Part shown: in pieces, positions 43,723-50,778 of the stretch
Position numbering within the stretch: position 1 is the first letter of the stretch
Layout: each line of letters begins with the position of its first letter
DNA from: a virus
Length of the DNA: 56,031 nucleotides
IMG/VR virus record: IMGVR_UViG_3300021171_000001
Coordinates: 1-56,031 of that record
Direction: 5' to 3' (one strand)
Notes under the pieces: generated by a model
The model's input: the letters and a program-made list of their open reading frames with translations, nothing else
Told to the model about the DNA's origin: nothing
Database searches by the model: none
Program-made: the position numbers and the translations under genes

Positions 43723-43788
43723 CTCAACATGCAGAGCAACGGACTCTAAAGCCGGGGGTTGTGGGCGCAAATCCCACCGGGCGCTCCA
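43713..43788 (+). tRNA. tRNA-like gene 2, anticodon CUA (amber-suppressor candidate), encoded CCA
   Basis: Hand fold: acceptor GCGCCCG/CGGGCGC; D stem GCTC/GAGC; anticodon loop cTCTAaa; T stem GTGGG/CCCAC; U73; CCA. The anticodon stem has only 3 Watson-Crick pairs and the T loop is CGCAAAT. Confidence 0.5.
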
Positions 43789-43792
43789 AAAA

Positions 43793-44122
43793 TCATGGAC
43801 AGGGAATTGTTTCCCAGAACGCTTCGCTACCAGTATTGCGCATTCGGATGCAAACATGAACTTCGGTAGCGGGAGAAAATACTGTAGTAGTTTTTCTTGG
43901 CACCCATTCTAGGTAAACGAGGCATCCGAGAAGCAGAAGTTCGGCGAGCATCGACAAAAGCATTATCGCCCTGTAGTTCCGGTCAATCCAAGCAGAAAAG
44001 CCAGTAGTAGAAGTATTCCCGCGCTCGATAATGTCACCCATGCCGATTGCTGCCTCCCGGTGCCCCTCATTTTCCACATCCCTTTCTCTCGGAAAAACTT
44101 CATAGCCCCAATTCATCGCCAT
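43793..44122 (-). CDS. Membrane protein
   Basis: 109 aa; TM segment AIMLLSMLAELLLLGCLVYL. Confidence 0.5.
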   Translation of the reverse strand: MAMNWGYEVFPRERDVENEGHREAAIGMGDIIERGNTSTTGFSAWIDRNYRAIMLLSMLAELLLLGCLVYLEWVPRKTTTVFSPATEVHVCIRMRNTGSEAFWETIPCP

Positions 44123-44128
44123 CAGGTT

Positions 44129-44386
44129 CTACTCCTCCAATAGAGGAAAGTCGATTCCGTTCGAAGTGAAAAAGTCACAGACTCCGGTCGGGGATACCCC
44201 GTCTTTGTCGGTCTCTTCATCTCGGAATATTTCGCAAGTATGGAATTTGTCGATCACGCGCTCGAAAAAGTGCTGGCAATTTTGGCATTTTTCTTCGCCT
44301 TCGGCTTCCCGGTACGACACTTCCTCGGCATTGAACTTAACGGGCCTAGACTCCATTAATCTTTCGTAGAAGTTCTTGCTGACCAT
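44129..44386 (-). CDS. Small acidic Cys-containing protein
   Basis: 85 aa with CQNCQHF...HTC; TAG stop. Confidence 0.5.
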   Translation of the reverse strand: MVSKNFYERLMESRPVKFNAEEVSYREAEGEEKCQNCQHFFERVIDKFHTCEIFRDEETDKDGVSPTGVCDFFTSNGIDFPLLEE

Positions 44387-44393
44387 TTAGACC

Positions 44394-44672
44394 TCATTGG
44401 GATATATCCCATGTATAAAGATGAGATGGGACTGCTTCGATGGCCTGTTCCATAATTTTCTGACCATACTGGGCAAGCACAGCATTGATGGAGAAGTCGA
44501 TATACGGACCAAGTTCGATCCAATCACCCATCACGGCAGGAATAATTTCGGGAGGCGGTGGAGTCCAAATCTGACTCCGGCCCATATCGAAAATCTTCCG
44601 GTGCGGATCAAAAGCCAGAGCGACCGGCGCGGCGGATAGGAACTGCATGAACCTTCGGCGAGAGAGTTCCAT
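44394..44672 (-). CDS. Small protein with a twin-arginine (Tat) signal peptide
   Basis: MELSRRRFMQFLSAAPVALA-F shows S-R-R-x-F plus a hydrophobic core and A-x-A. Confidence 0.55.
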   Translation of the reverse strand: MELSRRRFMQFLSAAPVALAFDPHRKIFDMGRSQIWTPPPPEIIPAVMGDWIELGPYIDFSINAVLAQYGQKIMEQAIEAVPSHLYTWDISQ

Positions 44673-44810
44673 TTAGCGAGCATCCTTTTGCATTTCTTGT
44701 CTGATAATTTTTCGTATATGCTCATCGAGCTTTTGATCGGTAAGTTTTTCGAGTTGGATAATGACGTGCTTATGGAGAATTTCGTGAACTATTTTGCGCA
44801 ATTCATCCAT
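44673..44810 (-). CDS. 45-aa hypothetical protein
   Basis: Translated by hand: MDELRKIVHEILHKHVIIQLEKLTDQKLDEHIRKIIRQEMQKDAR. Its stop abuts the next ATG. Confidence 0.45.
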   Translation of the reverse strand: MDELRKIVHEILHKHVIIQLEKLTDQKLDEHIRKIIRQEMQKDAR

Positions 44811-44830
44811 GAGAGCGACCTCCTGCATTT

Positions 44831-45232
44831 TCAGTGAACCTCAGTCGGTGGGATTTCGACATCGGATGGTCTCATTCGAGCTTTCGCTTCGATAGCCGCA
44901 ATTTCTTCTTCGGAGAGTTCGAGTGCCGGAAGGGGCGGAAGTCCGAACTTAGCCCCGCAGCTCCCGCAGTAAACGTCGTCCGGCGCTCCCGGCTTACCGC
45001 AGCTACATGTCTTTCCGGCAATGAGTCGGCTGCCATCGTTTCGGCAGAAGGCATCCCCGGCTTTCGGAATGCGGTCGCATGTTGGGCATACGAGATTGCC
45101 GATCCCGGCAGGTTTCTGTATGATCGGAGCCTTTATCAGTTCTCGTACCCAACTATGGCATCCGCACCTGCACTGATGGTCTGTGCAAGATTCATGGTGA
45201 CCAGACATACACATTTCCGCAAAACCTGGCAT
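44831..45232 (-). CDS. Double zinc-ribbon protein
   Basis: CPTCDRIP...FCRNDG...CSCGK...YCGSCG. Confidence 0.5.
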   Translation of the reverse strand: MPGFAEMCMSGHHESCTDHQCRCGCHSWVRELIKAPIIQKPAGIGNLVCPTCDRIPKAGDAFCRNDGSRLIAGKTCSCGKPGAPDDVYCGSCGAKFGLPPLPALELSEEEIAAIEAKARMRPSDVEIPPTEVH

Positions 45233-45672
45233 CAGATATACCTTTGTGCGTTTCTTCGATTATTGCAAGTTCGGCAGTACCTTCTACCATTGGCAGTAAT
45301 CCTAAGATTTTCTCCACACATAGCATGCCCAGATTTACAGTGTGTCCAAGGTGGAGAACTGCGGTGCCTTCCTTTCGTTACACAATCCCGCATATTGTCT
45401 GTATGCGTCCCAATAAAAAGATGTTTTGGATTAAAACAAGCCGGATTATCGCAGCGATGGAGGACGTGGAGATCGGACTCTAAATCAAATTTCAAATAAC
45501 AATGGGCTGAAATTCGATGTACGTATTCAGGTTTACCTAGATAGGACATAGTGCCATAGCCGTGATTATTGCGGTGTCCAGTCCAGTTCCAGCAACCAGT
45601 CTTCTCATCATAGCGGTTATTAGTTATAAAACATGTGCTTTTCTGTCGGATTGCGCCTTTAACTCCTCCCAT
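45232..45672 (-). CDS. HNH homing endonuclease
   Basis: Start moved to MGGVKG behind GAGGTTGAAA. CWNWTGHRNNHGYG...VHRISAH...VLHRCDNPACFNPKHLFIGTHTDNMRD. Confidence 0.75.
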   Translation of the reverse strand: MGGVKGAIRQKSTCFITNNRYDEKTGCWNWTGHRNNHGYGTMSYLGKPEYVHRISAHCYLKFDLESDLHVLHRCDNPACFNPKHLFIGTHTDNMRDCVTKGRHRSSPPWTHCKSGHAMCGENLRITANGRRYCRTCNNRRNAQRYI

Positions 45673-45841
45673 TTTCAACCTCGGGAATTGTACGGCCCCA
45701 TCTTTTGAGGGCAGCGGATCGAGCTTTGGCTTTATTTGCAGCCGATTTCTTCGGACTGGATACGCGTCCACCGGCTGCACCACGACACCCGAGACAAGGA
45801 ATTCGGCGATTATGTATTTCGCAAATTTCGGGGTCGCTCAT
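45659..45841 (-). CDS. Small basic protein, first gene of the short leftward block (leaderless start)
   Basis: MSDPEICEIHNRRIPCLGCRGAAGGRVSSPKKSAANKAKARSAALKRWG. The longer track ORF would overlap the rightward gene at 45907. Confidence 0.4.
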   Translation of the reverse strand: MSDPEICEIHNRRIPCLGCRGAAGGRVSSPKKSAANKAKARSAALKRWGRTIPEVENGRS

Positions 45842-45850
45842 TCGTTGGGC

Positions 45851-45879
45851 ATGATACTCTTTGTCGGGCTTGCATTCAA
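45851..45879 (-). promoter_or_regulatory. Leftward sigma70-like promoter whose -10 box lies 9 nt from ATG 45841
   Basis: Minus strand: TTGAAT (45879-45874), 17-nt spacer, TATCAT (45856-45851). Confidence 0.5.
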
Positions 45880-45899
45880 GTTGGGAATAGGCGTATCTT
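45870..45899 (+). promoter_or_regulatory. Rightward sigma70-like promoter whose -10 box lies 7 nt from ATG 45907
   Basis: TTGCAT 45870-45875, 18-nt spacer, TATCTT 45894-45899. Its -35 box overlaps the leftward -35 box. Confidence 0.45.
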
Positions 45900-45906
45900 T
45901 CTCCCG

Positions 45907-46164
45907 ATGCCCGAATTGCCGACCTGTGGAAACTTTCTAGCCGGAACGTGTGAACGATCTTCGGTTTACGTGTCCCGAGAGACCGATACTGCTTTCGTTT
46001 TGACCTGCCGAACCTGCTTCTCAATAAACATTTTCCCTAAAGAACGAGACGAAAATGCCGGACGCTATCAGGCATTTTTAAAGAAGCAGGCCGCTAGGGA
46101 AGCGCAAATTCGATACGAGTCTAGCCGACCAGAATATTCATTTCCGACCAGTGGAGGAAAATGA
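45907..46164 (+). CDS. Small Zn-ribbon protein, first gene of the late operon
   Basis: MPELPTCGNFLAGTC...LTCRTC. Confidence 0.45.
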   Translation: MPELPTCGNFLAGTCERSSVYVSRETDTAFVLTCRTCFSINIFPKERDENAGRYQAFLKKQAAREAQIRYESSRPEYSFPTSGGK

Positions 46165-46165
46165 C

Positions 46166-46729
46166 GTGGCAATGACAGCCGAGGCACGCGCTTTACAATC
46201 CGCAAAGATGAAGGAAAGTTGGATCAAACGCAAGGCCGAAAAGCAGCAAGTTCCCGCCGATCCTGCCCTCCGAGAAGCGATGGCCAAAGTTCCGATGAAT
46301 GCCCCCATTGAACGCGGAACGATGGTTGCCGAAGTGAAGGATGAAGTAATTCCGACCGAAGCGTTGCCGGTATATCCCGTATCCCATTTCGTCGATCACA
46401 TCACCATCGAAGTCGATTGGGAACACATTCCGATGAACGAAGGGCAGCAATTCTACGCGCATCTGAAATCGGAATTCGAGAACGCCGGTAAAATCCTGAA
46501 TGCGCGGTCGATGCAGAGAACTTCCGGGTACGATTGTTTTATGTGTGGCAAGCATTTCGAGGGCCAGCCGAAGTATACCGACCACAGTTATAAAGACCCG
46601 ACAACCGGCTTAGTTCCAACAATATACTGCTGCGGCGAGCATTGCGTGATTCTTTTTAATGCAAAAGTCATCCAAGAACGACATCAGCGCGAACTAGCTC
46701 GTGCTGCCGCCGAACGGGAAAATGCCTAA
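46166..46729 (+). CDS. Hypothetical protein upstream of terL (small-terminase candidate by position only)
   Basis: GTG 46166 lies 7 nt after GGAGGA (the track start is 46151); C-terminal CFMCGK...CCGEHC. Confidence 0.4.
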   Translation: MAMTAEARALQSAKMKESWIKRKAEKQQVPADPALREAMAKVPMNAPIERGTMVAEVKDEVIPTEALPVYPVSHFVDHITIEVDWEHIPMNEGQQFYAHLKSEFENAGKILNARSMQRTSGYDCFMCGKHFEGQPKYTDHSYKDPTTGLVPTIYCCGEHCVILFNAKVIQERHQRELARAAAERENA

Positions 46730-49544
46730 GATTTACGACCCAACTTGGCTGGATCGTTCTCGCACGTTGCTATCGCGTCTACCAATTAAGAATCGGCAGA
46801 CTCATGCCATGACCCAATTTACTTTCTTTCCAAGTCAGGAGAGAAGGTTGCAAAAAATGCGCGAACAATGGAGGCGTGAGGGACACATTCGTATTATTGA
46901 TTTGAAAGCTAGGCGTGTCGGATTTTCTTCGCAGACAACAGGGCTACTTTGGTGCCGTGGACTTGGCTTTCCGAATATGAATATGAAGATTGTCGCGCAT
47001 CTCGCTCCGAGCGCGGAAGAATTATTTCGAGTGCCGAGCGATCTTTCTAGGGGATTCCCCCAATTTCCTCTAGAGGACATCCAACAAAAGAAAATTTATT
47101 TTAGACATAGCAATGGCGATAGCCATTTGACCATTGCTACAGCCGGAACCCCGGCTGCTGGTCGTGGGGGAACGCTCTCGGGATTGCTACTTAGTGAAGC
47201 TGCTAAATATTACGATCCTGAAATTTTCGTCGCCATGATTTCTTCTGTTTCTAAGGGTCCAGGAAGTATCGTGGTTATTGAATCGACTGCGAATGGCCGC
47301 GAAGGTCCCGGAGAAGCATTCTACGAATATTGGAACGAAGCCGTAGCCGGTAAAAATGGATATATTGCTAATTTTGCATCATGGCTCGAAGACCCAGATT
47401 TCATTCGTCCAGAGGAAGAAGCCGAAGATGCTCCTCGGGACGATCTTGAAAAAGAATTAATGGCTCCTCCCTTTAACGCAACGCGAGAACAGATTGCATG
47501 GATGCGAAGGACCAAAGCGGAAGATTGCAGAAACGTGGAAACTGCTTTTTTGACGGACTTTCCCCATTGTCTTTCGGGGAATACTAGAGTTCAGACATCC
47601 AGGGGGATTATTTATCTGTCGGAACTAAAGTTGGATGATAGAGTTTCCGGCAAAAATATAATCGGTGTGTTCCATGAGGGGGAGCAACCAACAAAAAGGA
47701 TAACATTCAATTCGGGACGTGAAATAGATGTTACAGATGAACATCTATTCCCACTATTAAGCGGTAAATTGACTCGCGTATCTGATCTAAAAGTTGGGGA
47801 TACGATCCCTCTTTCAATTCTAGATTTTGCGCCATCCTATTATTTGGTTCAATGGGAAGATTTTGGTGGGGTTAAATGCCATCTTGTAATAGATGAAGAT
47901 TGGGGAAGATTTCTCGGATATTTCATGGGAGATGGTAGTTATCATGGTGCTCAAGTATCGATTTGCTGCACTAGGAAGGATGATGATGTAGTGGAGGATG
48001 TTGAACGCCTTTTTGACAAAATTTTGGGAGGCCATCAAACTAGAAATCCTTCGGTTGGATCAACCGAAATAAGAGTTTCTCGTCCAGCATTTCTTGGCCT
48101 TATGGAGAAATTGGGAATTCGTGCAACTGGATTGGATAAAAGGGGCGACCGTCTCCCAATGAGAAAAGTATGCGTCCCAGAATGTATTTGGCGATCTCCG
48201 AGGATTGTGGTGCGAGAATTTATACGTTCATTATTCGAAGCCGATGGTTGGAATGCATGGGAAGGCCATAGTATAAAATTTTATAGTCAATATCGGAGTT
48301 TCGTGCAGGAAGTTCAACTTCTCCTCCTTGGATTTGGAGTTACATCCACGATAAAACGAGCCAGTACACGAAGGGAAGGAAAGGTTTTTGAAGGGTGGTG
48401 GTTATATCTGAGAGCTAGTGAATCTCTTAGATATCATCAGGATATTGGATTTATTGGTAAGCGGAAAAATGTATGCGCTCCCTATAAACATTTGGGAAGA
48501 AAATCTCTACCAATCATTTTAGCTGATACGATATCGACCATCGAAAGTGTTGGTCTTCGGGAAGTTTACGATGTCAGACTTACCGGAGATAATCTTTTCA
48601 ATGCAAATGGACTAATCACACATAATTGCCCGGAAGTTGCCTTCCAAATCAGCGGCGATCCTGCGCTTCCGAGAGAAGAATTGGCATACTGTGAAAAGAC
48701 GATTAGACCACCTATTGCAAGAGGAAAATTCTATCGTCCTTCACCTCACGCTAAAATTGAATTTCACAAAGACGATAACGGTCCTGTATTCCTATGGAAA
48801 TATCCGGTAAACGAAAACAACAAACCTGATGGATTACACTATTTCATTGGCGCAGATGCGGCTCTCGGAACTGAGGAGGGTGATTTCACAGCTTATTGCT
48901 GTTTATGCGGGGAAACTGGGGAACTCGCGTGTCGATTTGCAGAAAGAGTGCCCCCTGAAATTCTAGCCGAGCAACTTAATATGTGCGGGAACTTCTATAA
49001 TCTCGCAATGGTCAATATTGAATTGACCGGGAATTTAGGTCGATGGGCGCTCAAAGTTTTGCGGGATACATATAGATACTCCAATATTTATACATGGAAA
49101 GGAAGGGATGATCGCAGACGTGGGAAAACAAGAAGTATATCTCTTGGATTCGAAATGAACCAAGCTACGCGACGACTAATCGTAGATGCTGCTCGTAGTG
49201 GTATCAGGATGGGCATGAATTTCCAGCCTGGAGGCTTGGTATTGAATGACCGAGCCTTAATGGGACAAATTGGCGGTATGACAATCAAAGAATGGCGGTG
49301 GGAAATAAAGCGCGACCATGATGATATCGCCGTAGCCTGGATGATAGCCTGTTTGACACGCGAACAATATCCTCCTCCCCGGATGAAGTTCGCTCCGAAA
49401 AATATTCTAGAACCACAAAGCCCACGGGAAATGTTACAAGGGATTCCCGTGAAAGAAGAAATTTCTGGCATGATACGTCGTGAAATGACTATGTTTATGA
49501 AGGCCGCGAAGACAAAACATCGTGACCGGTTAGTTGGAGTGTGA
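46722..49544 (+). CDS. terL: Terminase large subunit interrupted by an intein (exteins 46722-47567 and 48627-49544, 587 aa after splicing)
   Basis: ATG 46722 overlaps the previous gene. Walker-A-like KARRVGFSSQT and Walker-B-like LSGLLLSEAA. Lies upstream of the portal gene. Confidence 0.75.
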   Translation: MPKIYDPTWLDRSRTLLSRLPIKNRQTHAMTQFTFFPSQERRLQKMREQWRREGHIRIIDLKARRVGFSSQTTGLLWCRGLGFPNMNMKIVAHLAPSAEELFRVPSDLSRGFPQFPLEDIQQKKIYFRHSNGDSHLTIATAGTPAAGRGGTLSGLLLSEAAKYYDPEIFVAMISSVSKGPGSIVVIESTANGREGPGEAFYEYWNEAVAGKNGYIANFASWLEDPDFIRPEEEAEDAPRDDLEKELMAPPFNATREQIAWMRRTKAEDCRNVETAFLTDFPHCLSGNTRVQTSRGIIYLSELKLDDRVSGKNIIGVFHEGEQPTKRITFNSGREIDVTDEHLFPLLSGKLTRVSDLKVGDTIPLSILDFAPSYYLVQWEDFGGVKCHLVIDEDWGRFLGYFMGDGSYHGAQVSICCTRKDDDVVEDVERLFDKILGGHQTRNPSVGSTEIRVSRPAFLGLMEKLGIRATGLDKRGDRLPMRKVCVPECIWRSPRIVVREFIRSLFEADGWNAWEGHSIKFYSQYRSFVQEVQLLLLGFGVTSTIKRASTRREGKVFEGWWLYLRASESLRYHQDIGFIGKRKNVCAPYKHLGRKSLPIILADTISTIESVGLREVYDVRLTGDNLFNANGLITHNCPEVAFQISGDPALPREELAYCEKTIRPPIARGKFYRPSPHAKIEFHKDDNGPVFLWKYPVNENNKPDGLHYFIGADAALGTEEGDFTAYCCLCGETGELACRFAERVPPEILAEQLNMCGNFYNLAMVNIELTGNLGRWALKVLRDTYRYSNIYTWKGRDDRRRGKTRSISLGFEMNQATRRLIVDAARSGIRMGMNFQPGGLVLNDRALMGQIGGMTIKEWRWEIKRDHDDIAVAWMIACLTREQYPPPRMKFAPKNILEPQSPREMLQGIPVKEEISGMIRREMTMFMKAAKTKHRDRLVGV
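47568..48626 (+). mobile_element. Intein (353 aa) with a LAGLIDADG homing-endonuclease domain inside terL
   Basis: FPH/CLSGNTRV (block A, Cys1), DVTDEHLFP (T-x-x-H), LGYFMGDGS and SLFEADGW (two LAGLIDADG motifs), VYDVRLTG...GLITHN/C (His-Asn plus a +1 Cys). Confidence 0.85.
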
Positions 49545-49545
49545 A

Positions 49546-49968
49546 ATGCCAGCTTATTCTCGTGGCGATGCGAGCCTAGAATCCTACCTCGTAAAAATCA
49601 TTGCCGCTCTGTGCAAAGAGCGTGGTGGAGAGATTCGGGTCAAAGGCGAATTAATCGACGTAATCGACCAGCCGGTTACGCTAATGAAAAGTTGGGATTC
49701 GATCTCGCAGGAGTTAGTACTTCGGACCACGATGGGGACATTTACGGAGGTTTATCGCGTGATCCCGGAGAAACAGCCGACCAAGGAAGTGATTGCCGCC
49801 GATCCGATCCGAAAACAGGTCCCCGAGGAGCCGAATCTGTTTGCTCCGAAGGGGTCCACACTTGATGACCAAAAACTCACCGAACTCGAAAGAAAGTTGA
49901 CCAAACGCCGGGTTGCTGCTTTACTATCGGACGAATTGAAAAATAGGAATCGTCAGCCGGAGGCTTGA
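49546..49968 (+). CDS. Hypothetical protein
   Basis: ATG 49546 lies 1 nt after the terL stop. Confidence 0.55.
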   Translation: MPAYSRGDASLESYLVKIIAALCKERGGEIRVKGELIDVIDQPVTLMKSWDSISQELVLRTTMGTFTEVYRVIPEKQPTKEVIAADPIRKQVPEEPNLFAPKGSTLDDQKLTELERKLTKRRVAALLSDELKNRNRQPEA

Positions 49969-49970
49969 AA

Positions 49971-50216
49971 ATGGACGAGCACGAAGTCGTATTACGGACC
50001 ATGCTGCTGACTTTCCATCCCGACACACTAGAACTCGACATCGATGCTCCGAATATGTCGCTCGATTTCGGTATTTCCCTACTCGAACGAGCAAAAAGAT
50101 TGCTCGAACATCAGGAAAAGATTACAGTTGTGCAGCAAGCGGCAGCAACCGCCCGAGCCGATGCTGCGAATCAAGATCGAACGAAGGAAGTTCTATCAAG
50201 GATCAAGCTCCATTGA
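49971..50216 (+). CDS. Hypothetical protein
   Basis: 81 aa from ATG 49971. Confidence 0.5.
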   Translation: MDEHEVVLRTMLLTFHPDTLELDIDAPNMSLDFGISLLERAKRLLEHQEKITVVQQAAATARADAANQDRTKEVLSRIKLH

Positions 50217-50515
50217 CAGAAGAGACTGCGAAAGCGATATTCGAGCGAATCTGGCGTCAATTCTCCGTTGATCGGAAGGAGGGCCGCGCTTCCGCGAGTG
50301 CGAAGCTACAACGGGCGCTTGCCGAACATGCCGGAGACCTCGTTCCCGCCTACGCGACGGCGAAGGAATTGATGACCATGATTTTCGATTGCGAGCAGTT
50401 CTCGAAAGGGGATCGAGAATCGAATAATGACGACCCGTTGACGAATATGAGCGATTGGTTGTCTGGAAAGACGGACCTCTCCAGAATTTCGATGGTCAAG
50501 GAGCGGACGCATTGA
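50213..50515 (+). CDS. Hypothetical protein
   Basis: TTG start overlapping the stop (TTGA). Confidence 0.5.
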   Translation: MTEETAKAIFERIWRQFSVDRKEGRASASAKLQRALAEHAGDLVPAYATAKELMTMIFDCEQFSKGDRESNNDDPLTNMSDWLSGKTDLSRISMVKERTH

Positions 50516-50670
50516 TTCCGACGTGCCCCTACTGCCAGCGCCAAATGCAATTGAACACTGCGACTAGCACCGAAACGCAGCAACAGTTCATTTGCGGGTG
50601 TCGGGGATTCGTTCATTATGTGAATGTGCCGCAGTGGAAACCGCCACTCGAACTTCGGAAGAGGAGATAG
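50512..50670 (+). CDS. Small Zn-ribbon protein ending in TAG, in frame with the portal ORF
   Basis: TTG 50512 (TTGA coupling); CPYCQ...CGC; TAG 50668-50670. Confidence 0.45.
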   Translation: MIPTCPYCQRQMQLNTATSTETQQQFICGCRGFVHYVNVPQWKPPLELRKRR

Positions 50671-50778
50671 TTTACGTCTGTCACCTATATCCAGGCACCG
50701 TATATCACCACCGAGAATAAAACTGTCGCATTTCCCGGCGACAAGAAAATATCAAAGCAAATTGACGAGCTACAAAGG

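Noticed and set aside
43577-43788. The structured region as a tmRNA or a single long-arm tRNA
   Set aside because: It is too short, has no tag-peptide reading frame, and resolves cleanly into two separate cloverleaves plus a spacer element.
45659-46164. Long overlapping track ORFs 45659..46024 (minus strand) and 45736..46164 (plus strand)
   Set aside because: They overlap each other. The shorter versions (45659-45841 and 45907-46164) fit the divergent promoter pair and leave a 65-bp control region.
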